NCBI GenBank assembly: GCA_016931625.1
Contig: JAFGEK010000159.1
Coordinates: 566-64,565 of the forward strand
DNA: 64,000 bases
Direction of reading: 5' to 3'
Source: Deltaproteobacteria bacterium
GTDB lineage: Bacteria; Myxococcota; XYA12-FULL-58-9; JAFGEK01
Position 1 is the first letter of the stretch. Every line of letters begins with the position of its first letter. The position numbers and the translations under genes are program-made. Below, one piece after another: positions 1 through 9,583 of the stretch. The notes under the pieces were generated by a model. That model ran no database searches. It saw nothing but the letters and a program-made list of their open reading frames with translations, and had not been told where the DNA came from.

Positions 1-1
1 T

Positions 2-847
2 AATACTCATGTTGAGCGCGAAACACGCAGTCGTTATCAGTCACAACATTACAAAAATGCAATGAATGAGCCAACAACCACGAAACGTGGACAAGCTCAG
101 GGGCCTGAAACAATAAAAGATGCCAAAGCTATTGAAATTAATCTTAACGCGCAAAACACTAATAAAACAAACACAACCAATGACACTCCTGCGCCTGCAG
201 TGGAGATCCCCAAAATTACCCCTCGCGATCGTTTAGCCCTCAAACTTAACTCAGAATTTGGCAAAATCCACAATCGTGATTCAATTTCTGCATCTGAGGG
301 TAATAGTGACAGACTCAAACTCTCGCTAGATCAAGGAAGTAATCAAAAAAATTCTAATAATTCAGAAGTTGCCCTTCAAAAGGGAAAAAAATCTATCGAA
401 TTAGTTCCACAAATAGGAGTGTTGGCTAGCCTTTCGGGGGCTCCCGCAAATGATCACCTTGAAGGTGTAGATTTGGGCGAAGGTACTTTTTTAAACTCGC
501 GTGCCTTTAAATATGCTTCATTTTTTAATCGAATTAAACGCGATGTCAGCAACAATTGGCGACCTATGCAAGAGTATCAGCGCCGTGATCCCACTGGTAA
601 CATATATGGCTTTCGTTCTCGTGAAACAGTTTTAAATATTACGTTAAAAGCAGATGGTACGCTGAAAGATACAAAGATTTTACAATCTAGCGGTCTTGAT
701 TTTCTTGATCGTGAAGCAATTTATGCATTCAAACGCGCTGGGCCATTTCCAAATCCACCTAAGGGTTTAATTCAAAATAATGACGAGATTTCTTTTCCAT
801 TTGGTTTTTATATAGATTTTAGCGGTCGTTCACGATCCCCATTTTAA
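2..847 (+). CDS. TonB C-terminal domain protein, 5' end probably truncated by the window edge
   Basis: The frame is open from position 2, so the real start is likely upstream of the window. The C-terminal region resembles the TonB_C fold (LNITLKADGTLKDTKIL..SGLDFLDREAIYAFKRAGPFPNPP). No N-terminal TM segment lies inside the window. Confidence 0.45.
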   Translation, partial: NTHVERETRSRYQSQHYKNAMNEPTTTKRGQAQGPETIKDAKAIEINLNAQNTNKTNTTNDTPAPAVEIPKITPRDRLALKLNSEFGKIHNRDSISASEGNSDRLKLSLDQGSNQKNSNNSEVALQKGKKSIELVPQIGVLASLSGAPANDHLEGVDLGEGTFLNSRAFKYASFFNRIKRDVSNNWRPMQEYQRRDPTGNIYGFRSRETVLNITLKADGTLKDTKILQSSGLDFLDREAIYAFKRAGPFPNPPKGLIQNNDEISFPFGFYIDFSGRSRSPF

Positions 848-914
848 ATATATTTCCTTGATATCATTATACAAAATAAAAAATAGCTTAGCAAATATAA
901 ATATATTGATAATA

Positions 915-2180
915 TTATTGCTGTTTAGCTAATTCGGGCACATAAACCCTTACCAGAATCGCATAAATTAAGAGTATTATGGAACATAAGGCTATAGTTA
1001 TAGGTACGCCTATATGCGTGGCTAAAGCACCAACCACTAAACCACCAATGGGCATCATACCAAAAAAACTTAACGTATAAATACTCAAAACCCGACCACG
1101 TAGTTCATCAGCAACATTCATTTGAATTACTGTATTAGTCATATTCATAAAAATCATTACTGACCAACCGGTTAGCAATAGAAATATTAAAGAGATACTA
1201 AGAATATGCGCTGCAGAAAATACCAATTGTGCTATCGGCAGGATAAAAATTACCATGCTTAGATGGCGACCCCGATGCACTTGTCTGCCATATGCAGCAA
1301 TCATTAATGCGCCTATTAAAGACCCTAAACCACGAGCGGTTAACAACCAGCCATTTGTGCGAGCATCGCCATGTAAGACTTCAGTAGCCCAGGCGGGCAT
1401 TAAAGTAATTATGGCAAAACCAAAAAAACTTATCGCCATAATGCCTAAAATTAGCGTACGTATCACACGATGCCGCCATACGAATAATAGACCAAGAATA
1501 ATTTCGCGGCGGGCCGAAGCTGTAGATATAATTTTTATTTTTGATGATAAACGCATGATTGCCAAAGCTACTAACACCGCCACAAACGACAGGCCATTAA
1601 TGAAAAAGCACCAAGCCGGCCCGAACCAAACGTAAAGCATCCCTGCAATACTTGGCCCTACAGTAGTCCCTATATTAAATATAGTGGAGTTTAATGCAAT
1701 AGCATTACCAAGATCAACGCGGGGCACAAGTTCTGCAACAAAAGCATGTCGCGCTGGGGCATCAAAAGAATTTGCAATACCAAGGCAAAAAGCTAATACT
1801 AAAATATGCCAAGGTTGTACAATTTCGCAGTAAGTTAATGCTGCTAAGATAAAAGCAAGCAACATCATAATTGATTGCGTGGTAAGCAAAAGCAGGCGTT
1901 GTGGTATGCGGTCGGCTACTACCCCACCATAAAGATTGAAAAACCAAGCTGGTACGCCGGCAACAAAGGCGACGTAACCAAGATATGCCGGAGAACGTGT
2001 AAGTTGATAAATTAAAAAGCCTTGGGCGGTAATTTGCATAAAGGTGCCAAGTATAGAAATTACTTGGCCGATAAACCAATAGCGGTAGTTTTTGTGGTAA
2101 AGAGCGGCAAAGGTTGTGCGTAGACTTTGGATGAGTGGCTTAGTCAAAACTCCAAAAGCACACATATACTTTGTTTTCAT
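915..2180 (-). CDS. MFS family transporter
   Basis: 421 aa with about 12 predicted hydrophobic helices. It carries an MFS-like signature with a GxxxDRxxRR-like loop (GGVVADRIPQRLLLL). Confidence 0.65.
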   Translation of the reverse strand: MKTKYMCAFGVLTKPLIQSLRTTFAALYHKNYRYWFIGQVISILGTFMQITAQGFLIYQLTRSPAYLGYVAFVAGVPAWFFNLYGGVVADRIPQRLLLLTTQSIMMLLAFILAALTYCEIVQPWHILVLAFCLGIANSFDAPARHAFVAELVPRVDLGNAIALNSTIFNIGTTVGPSIAGMLYVWFGPAWCFFINGLSFVAVLVALAIMRLSSKIKIISTASARREIILGLLFVWRHRVIRTLILGIMAISFFGFAIITLMPAWATEVLHGDARTNGWLLTARGLGSLIGALMIAAYGRQVHRGRHLSMVIFILPIAQLVFSAAHILSISLIFLLLTGWSVMIFMNMTNTVIQMNVADELRGRVLSIYTLSFFGMMPIGGLVVGALATHIGVPITIALCSIILLIYAILVRVYVPELAKQQ

Positions 2181-2240
2181 GATTTTACTTTTATTTGCAT
2201 AATTTAAACCTTATATCATAAAGATTGCATTTTGTTTATA

Positions 2241-2270
2241 GGGCTAGTGATTTATGGGCTAGTGATTTAG
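2241..2270. repeat. Tandem direct repeat GGGCTAGTGATTTA x2 about 130 bp upstream of the ECF sigma gene
   Basis: Two adjacent near-identical 14-15 bp units are directly visible in the sequence. Confidence 0.5.
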
Positions 2271-2393
2271 ATCACAAAAAAATAAAATCCTCAGGTATTA
2301 TAAGATAATACGAGGTGACACATTTTACTCGAGGCGGTGTTTCATAAGTAGTACACATATGGGACCCACGCTTTGATCTGTGGAGGCTAATGC

Positions 2394-2885
2394 TTGGGCA
2401 TTGATATAAAAAGCTTCTATGAGCGTTATGGCCCCATGGTATTAAGACGCTGCCGCCGATTGCTCGGTGACGACGAGAAAGCGTGGGATGCCATGCAAGA
2501 TGTATTTGTACAACTGCTGCGCTCGCAAAATCGACTACATGATACCGCACCTTCGAGCTTGTTATTTCGGATGGCGACTAATATTTGTCTTAATCGTTTA
2601 CGTTCACAATCTCGCTGTCGCGAAAATCAAAACGATGACATCATTGATGCAATTGCCCAAGCATCAACTGAATCTCAGTCACAAGCACGACTTATGCTTA
2701 CAAGAATATTTAATTCACAACGTGATGATACTAACACCGCAACCATGGCAATAATGCATTGGGTTGATGGTATGACTTATGAAGAAGTTGCTGGTGAAAC
2801 CGGTTTATCGGTATCTGGGGTACGCAAACGCTTACGAGTGCTGCGCGAAAAATTGCTAAGTAAAAATATTGAGGTGACGCCATGA
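2394..2885 (+). CDS. ECF (sigma-70 family) RNA polymerase sigma factor
   Basis: Start codon is TTG, with a GGAGG Shine-Dalgarno 7 nt upstream. The sigma region 2 motif is present (YERYGPMVLRRCRRLLGDDEKAWDAMQDVFVQLL), and the region 4 helix-turn-helix is present (MTYEEVAGETGLSVSGVRKRLRVLREKL). Confidence 0.8.
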   Translation: MGIDIKSFYERYGPMVLRRCRRLLGDDEKAWDAMQDVFVQLLRSQNRLHDTAPSSLLFRMATNICLNRLRSQSRCRENQNDDIIDAIAQASTESQSQARLMLTRIFNSQRDDTNTATMAIMHWVDGMTYEEVAGETGLSVSGVRKRLRVLREKLLSKNIEVTP

Positions 2886-3685
2886 ATAACACGCATATAC
2901 GTGATTGGGAGATTGAACGTTATCTGCTGGGTGAATTAAATAATGAGCGTCAAGAATATATACATAATTTGTTAGCTACAGATTGCGAGCTACAAAAACG
3001 TCTTGCAGATATAGAAGCTGATAATGTCGCTGTGCTAGCTAAACACCCTGGCACTACTTTTGCCGCTGCTATTAACAATCGCCTGCAACAAAAATCTGAA
3101 TATTTGCCCAAAACCAAACGTTCAAATTTATCGAAATTGTTATTTTTAGCGCCGGCGCTTGCTGGTGCTGCTGTTATACTTTTTGTTTGGCAACCAATGA
3201 ATACTGATGAAGTAATAATTCATAATAATACGGTAACTAAGGTTGACCCGGGTAATCGCGTTAAAGGTGCACCACATTTAATTATTCACCGTCAAGAAAA
3301 TAACGAGCAATTTGAATTGATTAATGGTGATACCGCTAAAGCTGGGGATTTATTGCAACTTGCTTACGTTCCGAGCGATAGTACTTATGGTATGATCATA
3401 TCTATGGATGGTTCTGGCAATGTAACTTTGCATTTCCCAGAAAATTCTACTGGTAATACCGCTTTAACCAAAGGTGGAGCAGCCTTACCGCACTCTTATG
3501 AACTTGATGATGCCCCTCTTTTTGAAAGATTTATTTTTATTACTGCTAAACATCCGATACCTGTTGGAGCAATACTAGCACGTGCTCATGCTTTAGCCCG
3601 CAACCCCCAAAAAGCAAGTTCTGCTTCGTTAGAGCTTACTAAAGAATTCAACGAAACATCCTTGCTAATTAGGAAGCTGCCATGA
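2882..3685 (+). CDS. Membrane-spanning anti-sigma factor
   Basis: The start overlaps the sigma stop (ATGA). It has a short cytoplasmic N-terminal domain and a single TM segment (LLFLAPALAGAAVILFVW). The C-terminal domain is about 150 aa and predicted extracytoplasmic. Its position immediately after the ECF sigma gene fits an anti-sigma role. Confidence 0.55.
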   Translation: MNNTHIRDWEIERYLLGELNNERQEYIHNLLATDCELQKRLADIEADNVAVLAKHPGTTFAAAINNRLQQKSEYLPKTKRSNLSKLLFLAPALAGAAVILFVWQPMNTDEVIIHNNTVTKVDPGNRVKGAPHLIIHRQENNEQFELINGDTAKAGDLLQLAYVPSDSTYGMIISMDGSGNVTLHFPENSTGNTALTKGGAALPHSYELDDAPLFERFIFITAKHPIPVGAILARAHALARNPQKASSASLELTKEFNETSLLIRKLP

Positions 3686-5991
3686 AAACTTTTGCAGCTA
3701 TCCTAATAAATATAGTCATTGTTCTTTTAGTTAGCCCGAATATTAATGCTAACGAACTTCCTCAGGGATTACGACGCTTTGCTCTGATAGTTGGGGTTAA
3801 TGATGGCGGCCCCGAAAGATCTTTACTGCGTTATGCTGCTAGCGATGCGAAAACGATAGCACGCGTTCTTAATGAACTTGGTGGCATTACTGAAAAAGAT
3901 ACTACTATCTTGTTAGATATAGATAATGAAACGCTGATAAATACTCTTGAGCAATATGTTTCATATATTAAATCTGCACAACTCCCATCTCAACGTATCG
4001 AATTAGTTTTTTATTATTCAGGTCATTCCGATGACCAGGGTTTATTACTGAAAGGCAAACGTGTCGGCTATCGCGAACTTAGACAAGCGCTTAATAAAAT
4101 ACCTGCTGATGTAAGAGTAGCAATAGTAGATTCATGTTCTTCAGGTGCGTTAACTAGGCGTAAAGGTGGTGTTCATCGACCTCCGTTTTTAATAGATGGA
4201 ACTACTAGCGTCCGTGGTCATGCTATTTTAACTTCAAGCTCAGAACATGAAGCTGCCCAAGAATCTGACCGTATACGTGCCTCATACTTCACTCATTATC
4301 TTATTTCTGGTTTACGCGGTGCTGCCGACACTACTGCCGACGGTCGCGTAACTCTCAACGAAGCTTATCAATTCGCCTTTGCTGAAACATTGCATCAAAC
4401 TGAAAAAACCCAAGCCGGCGCTCAACACCCTGCATACGATATTCAACTGCAAGGCTCGGGTGATTTGGTAATGACCGACTTGCGCACAACAAATGCCAGT
4501 CTTAGTATGGCTGCTGAGTTACATGGAAGATTTTATATTCATGATAACAGTCAGCATTTAGCTGCGGAACTTTATAAACCAATCGGCAGAGTGGTTGAAC
4601 TTGGTCTTGAACCTGGAAAATATTCTGTACGTCTTACTCAACGTGATGCCCTCTATGAAGCAGAGGTCGAATTGCAAGATGGCAAACATTTGCTTTTAAA
4701 AAATAATGATCTAAAAAAAGTATCATATGAATTAACCGCCATGCGCGGAAAGAACAACGACATTAACGATTTTGCAGCACCAGAATTTGCCATGCCCGCA
4801 GAAAAAAACAAAAATGTAAGTATCGATTCTTTCCCGCGTGTTAATACAAGTTTTTCTTTGATACCAACGATTAGCACCACAGAAACCATGGTGACTAAAA
4901 GATTATCTTTGAGTTTGGCAATGAGCGAAAGTGCCTACATTGACGGTGCCGATATTGGCGCCGGTTTTAATCATGTTTTATATGACCTACGCGGTCTGCA
5001 AGCTGGATTAGTTAATAAAGTAGATGGTGCGGCAGTAGGCGCACAAGTATCTTATGGTGTTAACTTAGTTAATAAACAAATGTTCGGCCTACAGGGAGCT
5101 GCAGCCTTTAATAGCAGCAATGGTGGCTCCTTTGCTCAAATCGCTGGTGGTGGCAATAGTACAACTGCCGCCAGCCGAGGATTACAAACTGCTGGTGTTT
5201 TTAATATCGCCAACTCAAGTTTTAAAGGCGCACAAATCAGTGGTGGCTTTAATGTTGTCAAAGAAGACTTTACGGGAGCGCAGATCACCGGTATTTTAAA
5301 TCAATCTAGTGCTTATATGACTGGCGTGCAAATTGGGTTAATTAATTTAGGGGGTACAAAACTTACTGGTAGCCAAATTGGGTTAATTAATATTAGTGAT
5401 GACCTTAGTGGCGGTCAAATTGGTTTAGTTAATATTGGCGATAAGGTTAATGGCACGCAGATTGGCTTGGTAAATGTATCGGATAATGCTGATGCGCCAA
5501 TTGGTTTTATTAATTATGTAAAAGATGTTCCATTGCACTTTGAATTTTGGGGTTCTTCTGATGAACCAACGATGTTTGCGTTACGCTATGGTGGCAAATA
5601 TATTTATGCCATGTTTGTTACTGGCATCATGCGGCGCAATTTACCACGTATGACCAATGAAGATTGGTCAATAGGTTTTGGTATTGGCGGACATATCCCA
5701 ATTCAACAAGCCTTTATTGATATTGATATTATGGGTACAAGCCCTGCAAGCAAATTTGGCCATCCTGATGATCATACAACTTTGGGGCATCTGCGTTTAA
5801 CTGTAGGTTGGCAAATTATGCCGCGTTTAGCGTTATTTGCCGGTCCAATGGCAAATGTATCTATTATAGCAGATGATAAAAGTTTAAATTTGCCAGTTAG
5901 AGATCGTTTTCGCTCGTTAGAGAAAGTATGGCATTCTGGCGATACTACGGTGCGTTTATGGCCTGGATTTGTAATTGGGGTGAGAATTTAA
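3682..5991 (+). CDS. Exported caspase-like (peptidase C14) domain protein with C-terminal tandem G-x-Q-I-G-L-V-N repeats
   Basis: The start overlaps the anti-sigma stop (ATGA). A signal peptide is present. The caspase His/Cys dyad context is present (YYSGHSDDQG and VAIVDSCSSGA). About 8 repeats of roughly 20 aa each (GAQISGGFNVV, GVQIGLINLG, GSQIGLINIS, GGQIGLVNIG, GTQIGLVNVS) span about nt 4990-5520. Confidence 0.65.
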   Translation: MKTFAAILINIVIVLLVSPNINANELPQGLRRFALIVGVNDGGPERSLLRYAASDAKTIARVLNELGGITEKDTTILLDIDNETLINTLEQYVSYIKSAQLPSQRIELVFYYSGHSDDQGLLLKGKRVGYRELRQALNKIPADVRVAIVDSCSSGALTRRKGGVHRPPFLIDGTTSVRGHAILTSSSEHEAAQESDRIRASYFTHYLISGLRGAADTTADGRVTLNEAYQFAFAETLHQTEKTQAGAQHPAYDIQLQGSGDLVMTDLRTTNASLSMAAELHGRFYIHDNSQHLAAELYKPIGRVVELGLEPGKYSVRLTQRDALYEAEVELQDGKHLLLKNNDLKKVSYELTAMRGKNNDINDFAAPEFAMPAEKNKNVSIDSFPRVNTSFSLIPTISTTETMVTKRLSLSLAMSESAYIDGADIGAGFNHVLYDLRGLQAGLVNKVDGAAVGAQVSYGVNLVNKQMFGLQGAAAFNSSNGGSFAQIAGGGNSTTAASRGLQTAGVFNIANSSFKGAQISGGFNVVKEDFTGAQITGILNQSSAYMTGVQIGLINLGGTKLTGSQIGLINISDDLSGGQIGLVNIGDKVNGTQIGLVNVSDNADAPIGFINYVKDVPLHFEFWGSSDEPTMFALRYGGKYIYAMFVTGIMRRNLPRMTNEDWSIGFGIGGHIPIQQAFIDIDIMGTSPASKFGHPDDHTTLGHLRLTVGWQIMPRLALFAGPMANVSIIADDKSLNLPVRDRFRSLEKVWHSGDTTVRLWPGFVIGVRI

Positions 5992-6015
5992 TATAATTTA
6001 ATCCTTGGTGAGATT

Positions 6016-6324
6016 TTAATAAAGAAACACACCTTGGCTATCGATATGAACTTGCATGTATTTATTTAATCGCTGGTAATCTAAAATATCAACGCAACGA
6101 ACTAGTTCTGATTCTTCAAGCAAATCTTCAAATTCAGCAAGTAAATTTAACGGAACTTTATTGGTAGCTTTAATCGCCAGATCGATATCTGAATTTTCTC
6201 GCCCTTGGTTTTTGGCCAATGAACCAAATAATATTAATTTTGCACCTGGAAGTTTTGCAGCAATACTCTTCCAAGCATCGTTAACAATATTTAGTTCTTT
6301 ACTGCTTAGACCAATATTACTCAT
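6016..6324 (-). CDS. Nucleotidyltransferase (MntA/HI0073-like antitoxin-type minimal nucleotidyltransferase)
   Basis: Carries the GS-x9-SDIDL motif (LFGSLAKNQGRENSDIDLAI). It overlaps its partner gene by 4 nt. Confidence 0.7.
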   Translation of the reverse strand: MSNIGLSSKELNIVNDAWKSIAAKLPGAKLILFGSLAKNQGRENSDIDLAIKATNKVPLNLLAEFEDLLEESELVRCVDILDYQRLNKYMQVHIDSQGVFLY

Positions 6325-6710
6325 TTTAAATTTAGCTCAAAATCGTCTTGTAACTTAATGATAAGTTTTTTCACAAAATACGGGAAACGCACAGCTTCTT
6401 GATAAACTTCATCAGCGGTATCTTCATTATAAGTATGTGATGTAAGATTACGACTTGCTAAGAATCTCATCCAGGTGGCAACATCATCGATATACCCAGC
6501 TTTATGAGCTGCACGAAATGCCTGTTTTGCACTGCCGGTATCCACTCCACCTAGTTTTAATGCTCTTTGCATAATTTTCCAAGCTAACTCAAACGTATAT
6601 TCAAATCGCTGAATAACCCCATCACGAATATAGGGCGACAATGGCTGATTGAGAATATCTTCTAAACTAGTCAGTGCTTTTTTTAGCGCTGTTAAATCAA
6701 GGTCGTTCAT
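6321..6710 (-). CDS. Nucleotidyltransferase substrate-binding protein (HI0074 family, HepT-like toxin-type)
   Basis: Has the HI0074-type four-helix signature (IRDGVIQRFEYTFELAWKIMQRAL). It is co-oriented with, and overlaps, the nucleotidyltransferase gene. Confidence 0.65.
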   Translation of the reverse strand: MNDLDLTALKKALTSLEDILNQPLSPYIRDGVIQRFEYTFELAWKIMQRALKLGGVDTGSAKQAFRAAHKAGYIDDVATWMRFLASRNLTSHTYNEDTADEVYQEAVRFPYFVKKLIIKLQDDFELNLK

Positions 6711-6761
6711 AGTTATTTTGATAGCCTAGAACAAAACATACTACAAGATATCATACATAAA

Positions 6762-7907
6762 TTAAAATAATGAAAGCTGTTGAGCTGCCCGACACCCATC
6801 AAACAATAAATATGGCGCAGCAATTTTATAAGAAGCACCAACTGCTGCTAATGCTTGAGTATCACGTAGTTTTGTGGTCGCACGTAACTTAAGTAAGCGG
6901 GTTACAGATTTTGGACCAATACCAGGGACACGCAACAATTCGTGACGTTGTGCAGTATTTATTTCTAGCGGAAAAAGCTCAGGGTGTTGTTTGGCCCATA
7001 AGGTTTTAGGATCGGTAGTAAGTGAAAGTGCACCACTATCATTAAAAGGTATTTCATCAACCTTAAACCCATAACAACGCAGCATAAAATCTACTTGGTA
7101 TAATCTATGTTCACGCATAAATGGCACAGGTTGCGCAATAATATTATCGACACCGGCTAGTGGCTGTAAGGCTGAATAATAAACGCGAGATAATTTTAAA
7201 TCGTCATAAAGATTTGCAACACGCAAGGCAATATCTTGATCGCTTTCACCCGCCGCACCAACAACTAACTGAGTTGTTTGACCAGACCGCGCAAAGCGAC
7301 CGGCTTTCTCAGCTTTTGCTACTTGTTGCATTATTGCCAGGATTTGGGCGTGATGTTTACCTGGAGCAATTTTTTTTAATTGCGCTTCGTTAGGTGTTTC
7401 AAGATTTACTGAAACGCGTGTCGCATAACGCATGGCATATTCAACCTGAGCACTATCACAACCTGGGATAAGCTTAAGATGCATATAACCCCGATACTTA
7501 TAACGACTACGTAAAATTTCGGCGGTGGCAAGTAAATTATCCATAGTTGCAACCGCACCTTTATGAATTGCCGATGATAGAAACAAACCAAATACTTGGC
7601 GAGCTTGGTAAAGCTGCATGAATATTTGTGCCAACTCATCTGGAGCTAGTTTTTCTTGGTACCCCCTGCCCCCGAGACGTTCACTGCAATAGTTACAGGC
7701 GCACTCGCATCCTTTAGCTTGCAACACTTTTAACATTGCGGTGCGTTCACCATTAGGCAAGGCTGCTGGATAAATCCATAAACCATCACTACCACGTTTA
7801 CGTGAGTTAGAAGGACCGCAAGCACATGATAAGTCGTAACGTGCTGCCTCGGTAAGCGAGGCTAAGCGCTGCTCAACTGATGGTAGCACACGGATTGATG
7901 GAGGCAT
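6762..7907 (-). CDS. Putative DNA modification/repair radical SAM protein with C-terminal helix-hairpin-helix
   Basis: Contains a CxxxCxxC cluster (CECACNYC). The C-terminal helix-hairpin-helix motif is LLRVPGIGPKSVTRLL. The architecture matches the radical-SAM/HhH family usually paired with a UDG-like partner. Confidence 0.6.
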   Translation of the reverse strand: MPPSIRVLPSVEQRLASLTEAARYDLSCACGPSNSRKRGSDGLWIYPAALPNGERTAMLKVLQAKGCECACNYCSERLGGRGYQEKLAPDELAQIFMQLYQARQVFGLFLSSAIHKGAVATMDNLLATAEILRSRYKYRGYMHLKLIPGCDSAQVEYAMRYATRVSVNLETPNEAQLKKIAPGKHHAQILAIMQQVAKAEKAGRFARSGQTTQLVVGAAGESDQDIALRVANLYDDLKLSRVYYSALQPLAGVDNIIAQPVPFMREHRLYQVDFMLRCYGFKVDEIPFNDSGALSLTTDPKTLWAKQHPELFPLEINTAQRHELLRVPGIGPKSVTRLLKLRATTKLRDTQALAAVGASYKIAAPYLLFDGCRAAQQLSLF

Positions 7908-7961
7908 GTTGTGACTATACTGTACGGTTGTTCAGGTTGCAAGAGTGCTTTTTAAAAATAA

Positions 7962-8579
7962 CTACGCACTAACCCCTGCCATTATAAAGGCTTCTTGTAG
8001 TTCATTATAATCTTGGGTCACTGGAAACTGCGGAAATTCACCAGTTATATTTGCGGGCGGGCGAAAAAAAATGCCAGCATCGGCGCTAAGCATCATCGAA
8101 GTATCATTATATGAATCACCAGCAGCAATCACATAGAAATTTAGCTCTTTAAAAGCTCTAACTGCAGCACGTTTTTGATCGGCAAGACGCAAATTGTAAC
8201 CAGATATTTTATTGTTAGCATCAATTTCAAGGCTGTGGCAAAAAAGCGTTGGATAACTCAGCTGCTTCATTAATGGCGCGGCAAATTGAGCAAAAGTGTC
8301 AGACAAAATAACTACCTGACAGCGCTCTCGTAGCCAATTAAGAAATTTTAACGCGCCATCTAAAGGCTTCATGGTGGCAATAACATTTTGAATGTCACGC
8401 AACTTGAGGTCATGCTTAGCTAAAATGTTAAGGCGATATTGCATTAACACATTATAATCAGGTTCATCGCGCGTGGTGCGACGAAGTTCGGCAATGCCTG
8501 TGCATTCAGCTACATTTATCCAAATCTCGGGAACTAAAACACCTTCTAAGTCTAAGCAGGCTATTACTTGACGGTTCAT
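7962..8579 (-). CDS. thrH: Phosphoserine phosphatase / homoserine phosphotransferase ThrH (HAD family)
   Basis: Similarity is strong along the whole length to Pseudomonas ThrH as recalled from memory (IACLDLEGVLVPEIWI ... VVILSDTF ... AAGDSYNDT). The first motif matches the HAD DxD signature. Confidence 0.75.
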   Translation of the reverse strand: MNRQVIACLDLEGVLVPEIWINVAECTGIAELRRTTRDEPDYNVLMQYRLNILAKHDLKLRDIQNVIATMKPLDGALKFLNWLRERCQVVILSDTFAQFAAPLMKQLSYPTLFCHSLEIDANNKISGYNLRLADQKRAAVRAFKELNFYVIAAGDSYNDTSMMLSADAGIFFRPPANITGEFPQFPVTQDYNELQEAFIMAGVSA

Positions 8580-8746
8580 AATAAAATACTCCTAACGACA
8601 AATACTTAGATGATAATCAATTAATATGATTGTTTAATAAATTAACGTACAGCAAGAATAACATATACTTATTCTAGCAAAACTCGCTAGTATGATAATT
8701 GCTAATTGTCATATAACCAAACCACAAAAACTATTAAAATTATATG

Positions 8747-8762
8747 CATTTAGGGACACCCC
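8747..8762 (+). repeat. Copy 1 of the dispersed 17-nt motif CATTTAGGGACACCCC
   Basis: Matches exactly the motifs at 19671, at 43467, and in inverted form at 43301. It lies in the divergent intergenic region between thrH and the PAP2 gene. Confidence 0.6.
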
Positions 8763-8787
8763 TTATATTAAGATTGGTAAGTTAACA

Positions 8788-9570
8788 ATGATACTAACAT
8801 CATTAACTATATGCTATTTTTCGCTTGGCTTAACAAATTTACCTAGTACGTCAAATTCAACATTAATAGATAATCAAGCCGATCCATTTACAGTTTCGCT
8901 TTTAATTGATGCACCGTTAATAGGTGGTAGCGCCGCTTTGTTTGCTAGTACTTTATTACTAAATAATTATGGCAATAAAAAGAAAAAGACCGATAGAACA
9001 AAAATACTTTTGCCATTTGATAAAATTGCGCTCAATCGTAATAATAAAAGTCATGATATTGCTTCGACTTATTTACAAAACGCTATGATCATAAGTGCTC
9101 CGCTTGCTATTGGCATGTGGCAATGGGACTTAAAATTTAAAAGTTTAGTTCCAGCGTTTATAATAACTGAATCGCTAATTGTAAGCTCTGCCATCTGCCA
9201 TTTTACTAAATCAATGGTGAGACGCCCACGCCCTTATTCATACACGCGTAGTTTTGCTTCTGGTGAAGCAAGTCGCTCATTTTATTCTGCTCACACTACA
9301 GTGGCTTTTGCTGCAGTTACATCAACGACAAGTGTGCTTTACCATTTGCAATCACCATATACCTGGCCGGTGCTTTATGCTGGTATCCCGTTAGCAGCTA
9401 CGGTTGGTATTTTGCGAGTTAGTAGTGGCAAACATTTTCCGAGTGATGTAATAGTTGGGGCGCTTGCCGGGGCATCAATAGGCATATTAGTCCCTTATCT
9501 ACATCGAAGTAATCGTTCGCTATCATTAATATTTTCACCATCGGGACTAGCTGTCGCTGGTAATTTCTGA
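8788..9570 (+). CDS. PAP2 family phosphatase (membrane)
   Basis: The PAP2 motifs are present: KSMVRRPRP (KX6RP), YSAHT (SxH), and SSGKHFPSDVIVG (SRX5HX3D-like). Several TM helices are predicted. The start was chosen at the Met preceding the first TM segment; the ORF track extends it to 8692. Confidence 0.6.
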   Translation: MILTSLTICYFSLGLTNLPSTSNSTLIDNQADPFTVSLLIDAPLIGGSAALFASTLLLNNYGNKKKKTDRTKILLPFDKIALNRNNKSHDIASTYLQNAMIISAPLAIGMWQWDLKFKSLVPAFIITESLIVSSAICHFTKSMVRRPRPYSYTRSFASGEASRSFYSAHTTVAFAAVTSTTSVLYHLQSPYTWPVLYAGIPLAATVGILRVSSGKHFPSDVIVGALAGASIGILVPYLHRSNRSLSLIFSPSGLAVAGNF

Positions 9571-9583
9571 CAATTGTTGAGCC

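Noticed and set aside
97-318. Numerous short ORFs antisense to, or embedded in, larger genes. Examples: 97..318, 1255..1635, 1762..2079, 2467..2754, 4653..4889, 7160..7393, 15751..18214 (several), 21328..21815, 31482..33449, 36269..36628, 59562..60806.
   Set aside because: They overlap well-supported genes on the opposite strand or in another frame. They have low-complexity or biased composition and carry no recognisable motifs. They are treated as shadow ORFs.
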